Shown piece by piece: positions 16,155 to 25,645 of a stretch of 31,270 nucleotides of DNA (its first letter is position 1; the number at the start of each line of letters is the position of its first letter). The stretch covers positions 1-31,270 of the forward strand of contig JASFYY010000144.1 of assembly GCA_045046875.1 (NCBI GenBank), read 5' to 3'. Source of the stretch: Verrucomicrobiota bacterium (GTDB lineage Bacteria > Verrucomicrobiota > Verrucomicrobiia > Verrucomicrobiales > DEV007). The notes beneath the pieces were generated by a model. The model was not told the DNA's origin, ran no database searches, and saw nothing but the letters and a program-made list of their open reading frames with translations. Position numbers and translations under genes: made by a program.

Positions 16155-16571
16155 CTATGCACCCATCCCGGCAAATTTTAGAATCCGATGAGCCACCATG
16201 CAAGCATTCAATGGCGCTTTGCTGTGCAAACCCACGGTTGTCACCGGCACTCCGCCCGGCAATTGGCTGATCGACAACAGCGCATCAATCCCGTTTAAAG
16301 GACCTCCGGGAACCGGAACTCCGATCACCGGCAGCTCGGTTTTCACCCCGACCACACCTGGCAAAGCCGCCGCCAGACCAGCGATCGCCAGGATCACCGC
16401 TTTGTCACCGCTTTTTTCCAAATCCCCCAGATACTCAATCAACTCCGGCAGATCCCGGTGAGCAGACAACACCTTTTCCTCATAAGCCACACCTTCTTGA
16501 TCAAGGTAGTCACGGCCAATTTGCAAAAACGGTTTATCGTTCGCGGATCCATATATCATTATTACTTTCAT
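16155..16571 (-). CDS. purE: AIR carboxylase / N5-CAIR mutase family protein (short, divergent PurE)
   Basis: GSAND, SAHR, AGLAAALPGV, PVIGVP and GIDALLSISQLPGGVPV. Confidence 0.9.
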   Translation of the reverse strand: MKVIMIYGSANDKPFLQIGRDYLDQEGVAYEEKVLSAHRDLPELIEYLGDLEKSGDKAVILAIAGLAAALPGVVGVKTELPVIGVPVPGGPLNGIDALLSISQLPGGVPVTTVGLHSKAPLNACMVAHRILKFAGMGA

Positions 16572-16692
16572 AGCTTTTTAAATAGTATAATTTTTTAACA
16601 AAGCAGTATAGGTTTTTAATATAAGGGTATAGAATTTTTAAGCAGTTGGAACTTAGAATCCAGGATTACCTCTGAGAGAATTTCTTACCGCT

Positions 16693-16706
16693 CTGACTCC
16701 TGACTC
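16693..16706 (+). repeat. 7-nt tandem (CTGACTC)x2 downstream of purD
   Basis: CTGACTCCTGACTC, about 21 nt from the purD stop; short enough to be chance. Confidence 0.35.
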
Positions 16707-16727
16707 ATTGCCCCCGTCCTCTTGTTC

Positions 16728-17978
16728 TTAAAAGTTCCGCACTCCAATATCCGTGCGTCGTTGCAGCCCATCAAAACTGATTTTGGCCGACTCTTGGTAA
16801 ACCTTCTCCACCGCGGCCTCACGAGTGTCTGCCGAGGCCACCACTACCAGCACCCGCCCCCCGGCCGTCTCAAACTGCCCTTCGGTATTTTTTTTAGTTC
16901 CCGCGTGAAACACCCTCGCCCCCTCCACATCGCCAATGCCGGAGATCACATCTCCACTGCGTGAACTCTGCGGATAACCAGCCGAAGCTGATACCAGACA
17001 AATGCTCCACCCTTTTTTGAAAAGAATCAGTGAGCGGTCCAGATTCCCTGTCGCTCCATTAAAAACATAAGCCGCAAAATCACCCTCGATCAGCGGCAAC
17101 ACCGCCTGCGCCTCAGGATCTCCAAAACGACAGTTGTATTCCAATATCTTCGGCCCGTCCTCGGTCAACATGATGCCAAAATAGAGAAAGCCCCGATAAG
17201 GCAAGTCATCCTTGATCAATCCCTCGATCGTCGGGCGAATGATCTCCGCGTCGATGCGAGCCATCAACTCCGGCTCCGCCATCTCCCGCGAACAAACCGC
17301 CCCCATGCCCCCCGTATTCGGTCCCTCGTCTCCGTCACCCAGACGTTTATAGTCTCTGGCTGGTGCCAAAATCTGATATTGATCATTCACCACCGAACAG
17401 AAAATCGAAATCTCCGGCCCTTCAAGAAACTCCTCCACCAAAACCCGGCCTTCGCCGAACTTTTTCTCCACATAGATCTCGGCGAGAAATTCCTCCGCCA
17501 TCGCTTCGTCCACACAGACCGCCACCCCTTTGCCTGCGGCCAAACCATCAAATTTCAATACCGTCGGGTATTTGCCCGCAATCGCTTCGCGCGCCTGCTC
17601 CAAACTGTCCACCGCCGCATACCCCCCCGTAGGGATCTCGTGCCGCACCATGAACTCTTTGGCAAACTCCTTGCTCGCCTCCAACTGCGCCGCCTCTTTC
17701 GGTGGCCCCCAGCAAGGAATATCCGCCGCCTCGCAAGCATTCGCCAAGCCCTCATCCTTGACCAGATAACTCTCCTCGCCCGCCACACAGAGATCGATGG
17801 CCTCGCTTTTCATAAAAGCCATCAGACTCGGCAAATCCGTCGCCGGAGTTTCCTTGGCGATCTCAAAAATCGCATCACTGCCCGGAAACGAATAAATTTC
17901 CGTCTGCGACGGCGATTCGTCCAACGCAGTCACTATCGCATGTTCGCGCCCACCTTTTCCAACGACCAGAATTTTCAT
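16728..17978 (-). CDS. purD: Phosphoribosylamine-glycine ligase
   Basis: MKILVVGKGGREHA, LEASK, DGLAAGKGV, GPNTGGMGA and EYNCRFGDPE. Start taken at 17978. Confidence 0.97.
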   Translation of the reverse strand: MKILVVGKGGREHAIVTALDESPSQTEIYSFPGSDAIFEIAKETPATDLPSLMAFMKSEAIDLCVAGEESYLVKDEGLANACEAADIPCWGPPKEAAQLEASKEFAKEFMVRHEIPTGGYAAVDSLEQAREAIAGKYPTVLKFDGLAAGKGVAVCVDEAMAEEFLAEIYVEKKFGEGRVLVEEFLEGPEISIFCSVVNDQYQILAPARDYKRLGDGDEGPNTGGMGAVCSREMAEPELMARIDAEIIRPTIEGLIKDDLPYRGFLYFGIMLTEDGPKILEYNCRFGDPEAQAVLPLIEGDFAAYVFNGATGNLDRSLILFKKGWSICLVSASAGYPQSSRSGDVISGIGDVEGARVFHAGTKKNTEGQFETAGGRVLVVVASADTREAAVEKVYQESAKISFDGLQRRTDIGVRNF

Positions 17979-18095
17979 GTTATTCGCATCATTTAGAGGG
18001 TCAGCCGACTGCTTGCAAGCATCATTCTTAAAAAGCGTGTTTTTTGACAAAACAACGATCCATACGAATCTACCTCAACACCTCTCATCCAAACC

Positions 18096-19025
18096 ATGCT
18101 CACCCGTCGAAATTTTCTCCTCACCAGCGCCACCGGCTCCGCCGCCAGCTTGCTCCACCCCCTCGCTCCACAAGCAGCTCAAGCTGCCAATGAAGAAAAG
18201 CCTCTGTTCTCCGTCGGCCTGATCGCCGATGCTCAATACGCCGACGCCGAACCGGGCGGCATCCGTTATTACCGCAAGAGCATCGACAAACTGACCGCCG
18301 CTGTGAAAGACATCAACGCAGACGAGGTCGACTTCTCCATCCACCTCGGTGACCTCATTGATCGCGAGTTTTCCAGCTTCGACACCATCCTCGAACCGCT
18401 GCGCGAACTGCAAAAGCCCGTGCATCAAATCCTCGGCAACCATGACTTCACAGTGAGCGAGGACAAAAAGCCGGAAGTCGCTGGCAAGATAGGAATTAAA
18501 GAGACTTATTACGCCTTTTCAAAATCAGGATTTCGCTTCATTTTTCTCGACGGCACCGAGCTCAGCACCTTCGCCCACCCCGAAGACAGCCCCATTCATC
18601 AGGAAGCCACCGCCATGATGACCGAGTTCCAAGCGAAGAAGCGCAAAAATGCCCAGGACTGGAATTCCGCGATAGGCCCCAAGCAAGTTACCTGGCTCAA
18701 AAAACAACTCGCACAAACCGCCAAAGCCGACGAAAAAGCGATCGTCTCCTGCCACTACCCCATCCTGCCCGACAACGTGCACAACCTGTGGAACGACCAG
18801 GAAATGCTCACCCTGATGGGTCAACACTCCAATACCGTCATCGCCTGGTTCAACGGCCACAACCATGCCGGCAACTACGAGCAACACAACGGCGTGCACT
18901 ACGTCACCGTGCAAGGCATGGTCGACACCGCCGACACCAACGCCTACGCCACCCTCGACGTGCTGCCCAACGCCCTACGCATCCGCGGCCATGGCCGCGT
19001 GCCCAGCCGGCTATTGACCTTCTGA
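18096..19025 (+). CDS. Tat-exported metallophosphoesterase (Mn-dependent ADP-ribose/CDP-alcohol diphosphatase-like)
   Basis: TRRNFL twin-arginine signal; ADAQYAD, LGDLID, LGNHD, CHYP and GHNH calcineurin-like motifs. Confidence 0.85.
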   Translation: MLTRRNFLLTSATGSAASLLHPLAPQAAQAANEEKPLFSVGLIADAQYADAEPGGIRYYRKSIDKLTAAVKDINADEVDFSIHLGDLIDREFSSFDTILEPLRELQKPVHQILGNHDFTVSEDKKPEVAGKIGIKETYYAFSKSGFRFIFLDGTELSTFAHPEDSPIHQEATAMMTEFQAKKRKNAQDWNSAIGPKQVTWLKKQLAQTAKADEKAIVSCHYPILPDNVHNLWNDQEMLTLMGQHSNTVIAWFNGHNHAGNYEQHNGVHYVTVQGMVDTADTNAYATLDVLPNALRIRGHGRVPSRLLTF

Positions 19026-19038
19026 TTTATTCTTTTCC

Positions 19039-19986
19039 TTATATCAGCGCAAAAGCCTTCTTCATCGCCGCCGCCGTCGCCGCCACCGCATCCTCCGCAT
19101 CCATCTTCCTCAGCGCCGCATTAAAAGGCTCCGCCCTCACCGGCCCGTCGTAACCAAGCTGGTTCAAGGCTTTCAAAAAAGTCGCCATATCGATCACCCC
19201 TGTCGCCATCGGCAGCTCACGTTTGTTATCAAGCTGGTCATCAAGCTCGATCCCCTTGGGTGCATCATTCAAATCCACCGCCACAATTTGATCATTGCTC
19301 AGCGAAAGAATATCCTCACCCGTTTCGTTCGCGGTGAACCAATGCCAGCTGTCCAAGACAAAACCCACCGTCGGTACATTGATCTCAGCCAACAGCTCCT
19401 TGGTCTCCGCCATGGTGTGGACAAAGGAATACTTCTTACTCGTCCACAAAGTCTTCGTTCCCACATATTCCAGCCCGAAACGCAAACCGTGATCCGCTAG
19501 AATTTTCCCCACCTCACGCAGCCGCACCCCGTGTTGGCGGAAATTCTGCATATAAGTGAGTTCATCACTGAAAGGTTTCAACCAAGTGCCAATCCGCGTC
19601 ACCCCGGCTCGCTGCAACGCCGCCGCTTCAGCAGGCAAATCCGCCAGACCCTTTTTAAACTTATCTTCATCCCCCCGAAAATCCACCGGCATGCCCGCTG
19701 CCGAAAACACCAGTTTTTTTGCTTTCAACTCCGCTTTTAATTCCGTCAGCTGTTGATCAGAAAACTTGGCCAACTCTCTAGCATTCGGCCCCACCGATTC
19801 AAAACCATGCCGGGCGGCAAAATCAATCGCCTGTTTTTGATCAGCCTTCACCCCCAATCGACCGCAAATCAAATCCATCGTCATTTTGTGCGGAGTCGCA
19901 GCGAAACCCTTCGAGCCGGATATTGAAGCCACTGCAAGGGCACTGGCACTAGTTACAAGAAACTGACGTCGATCGGTTTTTTTCAT
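19039..19986 (-). CDS. Tat-signal sugar phosphate isomerase/epimerase (xylose-isomerase-like TIM barrel)
   Basis: DRRQFL signal; FGLEY, LDSWHW, DLND and GYDGPVRAEPF. Confidence 0.85.
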   Translation of the reverse strand: MKKTDRRQFLVTSASALAVASISGSKGFAATPHKMTMDLICGRLGVKADQKQAIDFAARHGFESVGPNARELAKFSDQQLTELKAELKAKKLVFSAAGMPVDFRGDEDKFKKGLADLPAEAAALQRAGVTRIGTWLKPFSDELTYMQNFRQHGVRLREVGKILADHGLRFGLEYVGTKTLWTSKKYSFVHTMAETKELLAEINVPTVGFVLDSWHWFTANETGEDILSLSNDQIVAVDLNDAPKGIELDDQLDNKRELPMATGVIDMATFLKALNQLGYDGPVRAEPFNAALRKMDAEDAVAATAAAMKKAFALI

Positions 19987-20105
19987 GCCATACGCTTACC
20001 CATTCCCAAGGAAATGAACAAGGTTTTTTCCACTGACTCTGTGATTGGCAAAATGAAAGCGACATTATTAAAAATCCCCCTATGCCCTGACACCATACTC
20101 AGTCT

Positions 20106-21122
20106 TTAACTCTGCCCCTTCGTCTTCCCCGCCTTGTCCGCTCTCATATCGTAAAAAACCAAACTTCCATTTTCAGGTTTACTCTTTCCTCCCTGTGATT
20201 GAGCAACCGCCAATAATGCACCATTCGGGTGAAGATCGAAACTCATGGCCGGACCCTTTGTCTCGATTTTGGCCAACATCTTCTCCTCACCGGGTTCCCA
20301 GAAACAGAGTTCGCCGACGGTAATACCACCGGCCGCAGCAATGATAAAACCATTCGGGTGAAACTGAAGTCTGTAAAAAATACCCTTGAACTCGGAGACC
20401 AATTTTTCAGTCTGCTTGCCGCTCTTCCAATCGTAAAGCAGTATGGAGGCTGGGCCGGCGTATTTGTGACGTCCACAACAAGCCAGACGGGAGCCAAAGG
20501 CGTCGAAAGCCAGCCCTCTTGCGCCGCCCCACTCAATATCCTCAAAGCGCCGGTAAGCGCTCAAATCCGCAGCATCGAACTCGCGGACTTTTTCACCCGT
20601 GTCCAGATCCCATTGAAAAAGTTGGTTACCTTCGCGTTCGGCGGAAACAAGTTGCCTGCCGTCCGGATGAAAAATCGTGGCAAAGACCTGGCCGGAATGA
20701 TCGGAAAACTCATTGAGACGCTCACCCGTATCAGCCGACCAAAGCCGGACTTTTCCGTCTCGGGCACCGGTGGCAAGTTGCTTTCCATCAGGACTCACAC
20801 AAATCGAACGCAAAACCTGCGAATGAGCTTCGATATCCCATTTTTTTACGGCCCCTTTCCCAGTAAGCGACCAGGCAATAACACGGCCGGTGTAATCACC
20901 GCTATAGATCATTTGAGGGGCCGACGCAATTGCGCAGACCCAGCTTTCGTGGCCATCGAGCAAGGTCTTCTCCCCTGTAGCAACGTCAATTTGCTGGAGA
21001 TGATTATCCCGCGCACCGGCAAAAACGAAACGACCCGTGGCATCGAATTGACAGGTCAACAGAGGCGCAGGATGTTCGACTTCCTTGACCTGGTAAGTCT
21101 TGGACGGATCTATACCGTTCAC
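20106..21122 (-). CDS. WD40-repeat beta-propeller protein
   Basis: GHESWV, SPDGKQLATGARDGKVRLW and FHPDGRQLVS repeats. Confidence 0.88.
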   Translation of the reverse strand: MNGIDPSKTYQVKEVEHPAPLLTCQFDATGRFVFAGARDNHLQQIDVATGEKTLLDGHESWVCAIASAPQMIYSGDYTGRVIAWSLTGKGAVKKWDIEAHSQVLRSICVSPDGKQLATGARDGKVRLWSADTGERLNEFSDHSGQVFATIFHPDGRQLVSAEREGNQLFQWDLDTGEKVREFDAADLSAYRRFEDIEWGGARGLAFDAFGSRLACCGRHKYAGPASILLYDWKSGKQTEKLVSEFKGIFYRLQFHPNGFIIAAAGGITVGELCFWEPGEEKMLAKIETKGPAMSFDLHPNGALLAVAQSQGGKSKPENGSLVFYDMRADKAGKTKGQS

Positions 21123-22381
21123 ACCAGAACCTCCCTGATCGTCGAACCGGCGGGATTGCCGGCGGGAATTGGCTGACCTGTCATCTCGTAACCCTTTCGC
21201 GGACTGATGTCGAGCGCACGCAGGAAAGTGTTAAACAAATCACCGGTATTGACCTCGCCTTCAATCACCTCCGTCCCCTCCGCATTGGTTTTGCCATGTA
21301 CAACACCACGCTTGACGCCACAGCCAGTCATCGCCATCAACCAGGCCTTACCCCAGTGATCCCGTCCACCACGATTGTTGATTTTCGGAGTGCGCCCCAT
21401 CTCGCCCATGACCACCACCAGAGTGTTTTCCAACAAACCCCGACGATCAAAGTCGGTCACCAGTGCAGGAAAAGTACGGTCGAATTCGGAGCAACGCTGT
21501 TGATGCCAATGAAAGTTTTCCTCATGAGCGTCCCAATCGTGACTGACAACTTTCACACAGGAAACTCCGCTCTCCAGCAAACGACGCGCCATCAGGCAAT
21601 GCCTGCCGAATAAATGTGAACCATACAGTTCCCGATCACTGGCCGACTCCTTCTCCAAATCAAAAATTCCACGCTGCTTCATCAATGCGACGGCCTTGTC
21701 GAAGCTGCCGCCGTAGGCACGAATAGGGAGTTCAGTGCGCCCTCGGAGAAACCTTTTATCAGAGTCCAGACGCAATTTATCAACGCGCCGAGCTATATCT
21801 TCGCTGACAGAATCCGGTCGAATCAAGTAATCAGGAGCCTCCGCATTGACAACTTTCACCGACTCATATTTGGGACCCAGAAAACCGGAGTCACCGACAT
21901 CGGTGTAAGCCTTCGGCCCGTCCCGACGCATCTCTACATAGCCAGGTAACTGATCGCCGTCCTGCTCCAGAAGTTTGGCCAGCGCCGATCCAAGCACCGG
22001 GAAACCTGGCACTGTGCGGCCCGACTGCATGGCGTAATGGCCTCGGAAATGATCGGCGATTCCGGTATTCAAGCTTCGCACCACAGCGATCTGGTGCATG
22101 ACCTTGGCCGTGTTCGGCAGTAGTTCACTGATGTGCGTTCCCTTCACCGAAGTCGGAATGGCTCGTAGCGGACCACCGTGCAGGGTTCCCGGTTTGGGAT
22201 CCCAGGTCTCAAGTTGGCTAGCGCCTCCGGAGAGAAAAATCAGCAACAGCTTTTTGCGGGATTTTTTCAATTGGCTGGCAAACAATGGCTGTCCGAACAT
22301 GCCCGTGCCCAGCGCCCCCATCGTGCTTCCCAGCATCAGTCGACGGGATATCAGGTCCGGCTTATCGAGTGGATTCGTCAT
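21119..22381 (-). CDS. DUF1501 domain protein
   Basis: SRR signal; LSGGASQLETWDPKP, CLMARRLLESGV, WDAH, MGEMGRTP and GRDHW. Confidence 0.92.
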   Translation of the reverse strand: MTNPLDKPDLISRRLMLGSTMGALGTGMFGQPLFASQLKKSRKKLLLIFLSGGASQLETWDPKPGTLHGGPLRAIPTSVKGTHISELLPNTAKVMHQIAVVRSLNTGIADHFRGHYAMQSGRTVPGFPVLGSALAKLLEQDGDQLPGYVEMRRDGPKAYTDVGDSGFLGPKYESVKVVNAEAPDYLIRPDSVSEDIARRVDKLRLDSDKRFLRGRTELPIRAYGGSFDKAVALMKQRGIFDLEKESASDRELYGSHLFGRHCLMARRLLESGVSCVKVVSHDWDAHEENFHWHQQRCSEFDRTFPALVTDFDRRGLLENTLVVVMGEMGRTPKINNRGGRDHWGKAWLMAMTGCGVKRGVVHGKTNAEGTEVIEGEVNTGDLFNTFLRALDISPRKGYEMTGQPIPAGNPAGSTIREVLV

Positions 22382-22388
22382 TGTTTCA

Positions 22389-24119
22389 TCAATGTTTCAA
22401 ACGAAATTCGGCCGAGAGAAGCTTCGCCCATGTCAGTTCCTGCAAGGCAGCTTCGCGATCCTTGCGCTTCTCGAGAAACTGCGCAACCTCCTTGCGTTCC
22501 TCCGACACCGGTCGCCGGGTCAACACACTTAAAAAAAGCTCGTCGGCGATCTCGTCCGTCGTTTTCAGATCCTTGAGACGAGCAATCAGCGATCCATCGT
22601 AACTACCAGAGGCCAGAGTGAACAGCTTTTGCCCGTTGAGCAGAAACAGCGCCTGACCGACCGTAGGCGCAAAATCACCTTCCGCCTGCCCGGGCATATT
22701 GGCAAAGGCCGCGATCAGCGGCTGCGCTGTTTTCTCCAAACCATCGTAAATTCCCTTCTTCCATTTCATATCCCTGCGTCGCTGCTCATAATGTTCAGGA
22801 TCCTCCTTTTTGAGTTTTTGTTCAGCCTCGAGGATGCTCTCAGGCAAGCGTTGACTGGCCTGTAAAAAGTTCCAGCCGAGTTGCTCTGCTGAAAGCGCAT
22901 GCAGTTGGGCAACCCCGAAAGCTTCGGGTGACGGCTCCGACTGCCCCTCCGGCAATTGGCTACTAAGCTGATAAACCCGACTCAAGGCCACCTGCCGCAA
23001 AAAAGCCTTGATGTCGTAATTTGTCTCCTCCATATGAAGAGCGAGCGCCTCAAGCAGTTCCGGATGTGACGGAGGATTCTTGTCGTGATGCATATCCAGA
23101 GGATGCACCAGTCCACGACCCATCATCAACGCCCACAGACGATTGGCGATGTTCAGTGAAAACCCGTTGGTCTCTTTTTGAGGCAGGGACTTGGCAAGTT
23201 TGAGCCGTCGACTGTAAGCGGGCACCGCCCGCGCGTCCTTGCCCGGAGCCACCTTGTAACGTTTGTCCTTCTCCATCTCCGGGTCGGCCATCTTCTCACG
23301 CCCGGGCAGTTTAGGCATCGCATCACCTTTCTTCCCCGTGAACACCGAAGTGAAACTAACATCGCCATCAGCCTTCTCTGCCAGCATCGATTGTTTCGAC
23401 TTCTTTTCCAGGAAATGACTGGTTCGATTGAGAAAAGCATAAATGCCGAAATAGTCAGCCTGCTTGTAATCCTTATAACGCGGGTCATCGTGGCACTGGG
23501 CGCACTGGATGTCCCTGCCAAGAAACAAGCGACTCACATCGCGAGTCACGACATGTGCCTCGGTCCCCCTTACCAGAAAAAATTTTACTCCCGCACCAGT
23601 CTCCTTGTCGCTCCCGTCGCTGCTGAGAATATCACGCGCCAAGTCATTCCACGGACGGTTCTCAGCAAAAGCATCAGTCAGGAAAGCACGCCACACAGGC
23701 CCCTTGATATCATAGGATTTGATCGCAGGAACTCGCCGCTCGGCCAGCATCACGTCAAACACACGCGCCATGTGTAGAGCATATTCAGGCGAGGCGAGCA
23801 GTCGATCGATTAGCCTGACACGCTTGTCACCTGCCTTATCGTCCAAAAATACACGGGTCTCAGCAGCTGTGGGAATAATTCCAGCCAGATCAAGTGATAC
23901 GCGTCGCAAAAACTCCGCATCCGATGCTGCTTTGGCAGGACTGACCTTGCGTTCCTTCCAGCCAGCTTCGATGTGCTTATCGATAAGCTTATGAAAAGCC
24001 TCCCCTCCCTCCGCTGCCAGGCACATCTGCCCAAGGGCCAAGCTCGCCAGCGCAGGGATGATGGACAATACCTTTGCTACTCTGTTTGCTGCTCCCTTCA
24101 TTCTTCGTATGCTTGCCAT
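22389..24119 (-). CDS. DUF1549/DUF1553 (PSCyt2/PSD1) domain protein
   Basis: DAEFLRRVSLDLAGIIPT, CAQCHDDP, NRLWALMMGRGLV and NPPSHPELL. Start uncertain (24131, 24119 or 24101). Confidence 0.9.
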   Translation of the reverse strand: MASIRRMKGAANRVAKVLSIIPALASLALGQMCLAAEGGEAFHKLIDKHIEAGWKERKVSPAKAASDAEFLRRVSLDLAGIIPTAAETRVFLDDKAGDKRVRLIDRLLASPEYALHMARVFDVMLAERRVPAIKSYDIKGPVWRAFLTDAFAENRPWNDLARDILSSDGSDKETGAGVKFFLVRGTEAHVVTRDVSRLFLGRDIQCAQCHDDPRYKDYKQADYFGIYAFLNRTSHFLEKKSKQSMLAEKADGDVSFTSVFTGKKGDAMPKLPGREKMADPEMEKDKRYKVAPGKDARAVPAYSRRLKLAKSLPQKETNGFSLNIANRLWALMMGRGLVHPLDMHHDKNPPSHPELLEALALHMEETNYDIKAFLRQVALSRVYQLSSQLPEGQSEPSPEAFGVAQLHALSAEQLGWNFLQASQRLPESILEAEQKLKKEDPEHYEQRRRDMKWKKGIYDGLEKTAQPLIAAFANMPGQAEGDFAPTVGQALFLLNGQKLFTLASGSYDGSLIARLKDLKTTDEIADELFLSVLTRRPVSEERKEVAQFLEKRKDREAALQELTWAKLLSAEFRLKH

Positions 24120-24140
24120 ATAGCGGATCACGAATACCTT
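24113..24140 (+). promoter_or_regulatory. Putative sigma70 promoter of the sulfatase (leaderless)
   Basis: TTGCCA-16 nt-TACCTT-6 nt-GTG(24147). Confidence 0.45.
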
Positions 24141-24146
24141 ACTTCT

Positions 24147-25619
24147 GTGAAGTTAATAATATCAAATAATGCACGGCCTGGCCTCCTCTATCTGACTACC
24201 CTTGCGCTTCTGTTGTTCAATCCCCTGACAATATTCAGCGCGGAAAAACCCAACGTGCTCTTCATCGCCATCGACGACCTCAACGACTGGGTCGGTGTGC
24301 TCGACGGTCACCCACAAGTGCAAACCCCCAATATCGACCGCCTCGCCACCCGTGGCGTGAATTTCACCAACGCCCACTGCCAGGCTCCGATCTGCATGCC
24401 ATCCCGCGCCAGCTTGCTCACCGGCACCTATCCTCATCGCAACGGTATCTACATGATCGAGCAAAATTTGCACGAAGCCCCGCTGCTCAAAAACGTCACC
24501 ACCCTGCCCAGCTATTTCAAGCAGAACGGCTACCGCATTTTGCGTTCGGGGAAAATCTATCACCGGGTCAAAGAAGGCGACGCCGATGACTGGGACGAGT
24601 CCGGCAAACGTTATGGCTGGGGGTGGATGGGAAAACTCGCCGGCCCACAAGGCGTCAGTGGCCTGCCCGAACCCAGCATTTTTGATTTCGGCCCGATCCC
24701 GGTTGAAACCGCGGAAATGAACGATTTCAAAGTCACCGACTGGGCGGTGGAACGAATCAATAAACCCGCCACCGACAAACCCTTCTTTCTTGCCGTAGGC
24801 CTGGTGACCCCCCACCTGCCACATTTCACCCCTGAAGAGTTTTATAATCGTTACCCCCTCGATCAGGTGAAGCTGCCCGAAACCCAGCCCGGCGATCTCG
24901 ATGACCTGCCACCGATGGGACAAAAATTCACCCGCTACTTCGACACCACCCCGATGAGTCATCACAACATCACTCGTTATGGCTTGTGGAACAAAGCCGT
25001 CGCCTCCTATCTCGCTACGGCCACCTTCACCGACCACTGCGTCGGCCGCCTGCTCGACGCTCTCGAAAACAGCCCGCACGCCGACAATACCATCATCGTC
25101 TTGTGGTCGGATCACGGTTTCCACGTCGGCGAAAAAATGCACTGGGAAAAACGCTCACTGTGGGAAGAGTCCACCCGGGTTCCACTGATTTTTTCCATGC
25201 CTGGAAAAGACCAACTCCGCAATGTCCGCAGCACCCGCCCTGTCGGTTTGATCGATATTTACCCCACCCTGGTCGAACTCTGCAAGCTGCCAAAAAACAA
25301 AAACCTACAAGGCCGCAGCTTGGTGCCACTATTGAATAACCCAAACTTAGCTTGGGATCATCCGGTGCTAACCACCCATCATCCCGGCAATCACGCCATC
25401 CGCTCCGAACGCTGGCGCTACATCAGCTATGCCAACGGCGACGAAGAACTCTACGACCACCGCTACGACCCCAACGAGTTCCGCAACCTCGCCGCAGACC
25501 CGGAATACGCGGCGGTGAAAAAACGCCTTTCCACCCACGTTCCCAAGGAAACCGTTCCCTACGCCCCGCGCCTTCCCCGCCAAAAATTCACTCAGGAATT
25601 TGATTGGTTTAATCCCTGA
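24147..25619 (+). CDS. Secreted Cys-type S1 sulfatase (iduronate-2-sulfatase/choline-sulfatase-like)
   Basis: KPNVLFIAIDDL, CMPSRASLLTG, GKIYH and SDHGFH; signal peptide follows the GTG at 24147. Confidence 0.93.
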   Translation: MKLIISNNARPGLLYLTTLALLLFNPLTIFSAEKPNVLFIAIDDLNDWVGVLDGHPQVQTPNIDRLATRGVNFTNAHCQAPICMPSRASLLTGTYPHRNGIYMIEQNLHEAPLLKNVTTLPSYFKQNGYRILRSGKIYHRVKEGDADDWDESGKRYGWGWMGKLAGPQGVSGLPEPSIFDFGPIPVETAEMNDFKVTDWAVERINKPATDKPFFLAVGLVTPHLPHFTPEEFYNRYPLDQVKLPETQPGDLDDLPPMGQKFTRYFDTTPMSHHNITRYGLWNKAVASYLATATFTDHCVGRLLDALENSPHADNTIIVLWSDHGFHVGEKMHWEKRSLWEESTRVPLIFSMPGKDQLRNVRSTRPVGLIDIYPTLVELCKLPKNKNLQGRSLVPLLNNPNLAWDHPVLTTHHPGNHAIRSERWRYISYANGDEELYDHRYDPNEFRNLAADPEYAAVKKRLSTHVPKETVPYAPRLPRQKFTQEFDWFNP

Positions 25620-25645
25620 CCGCACATCCCAACCATACCAAATAA

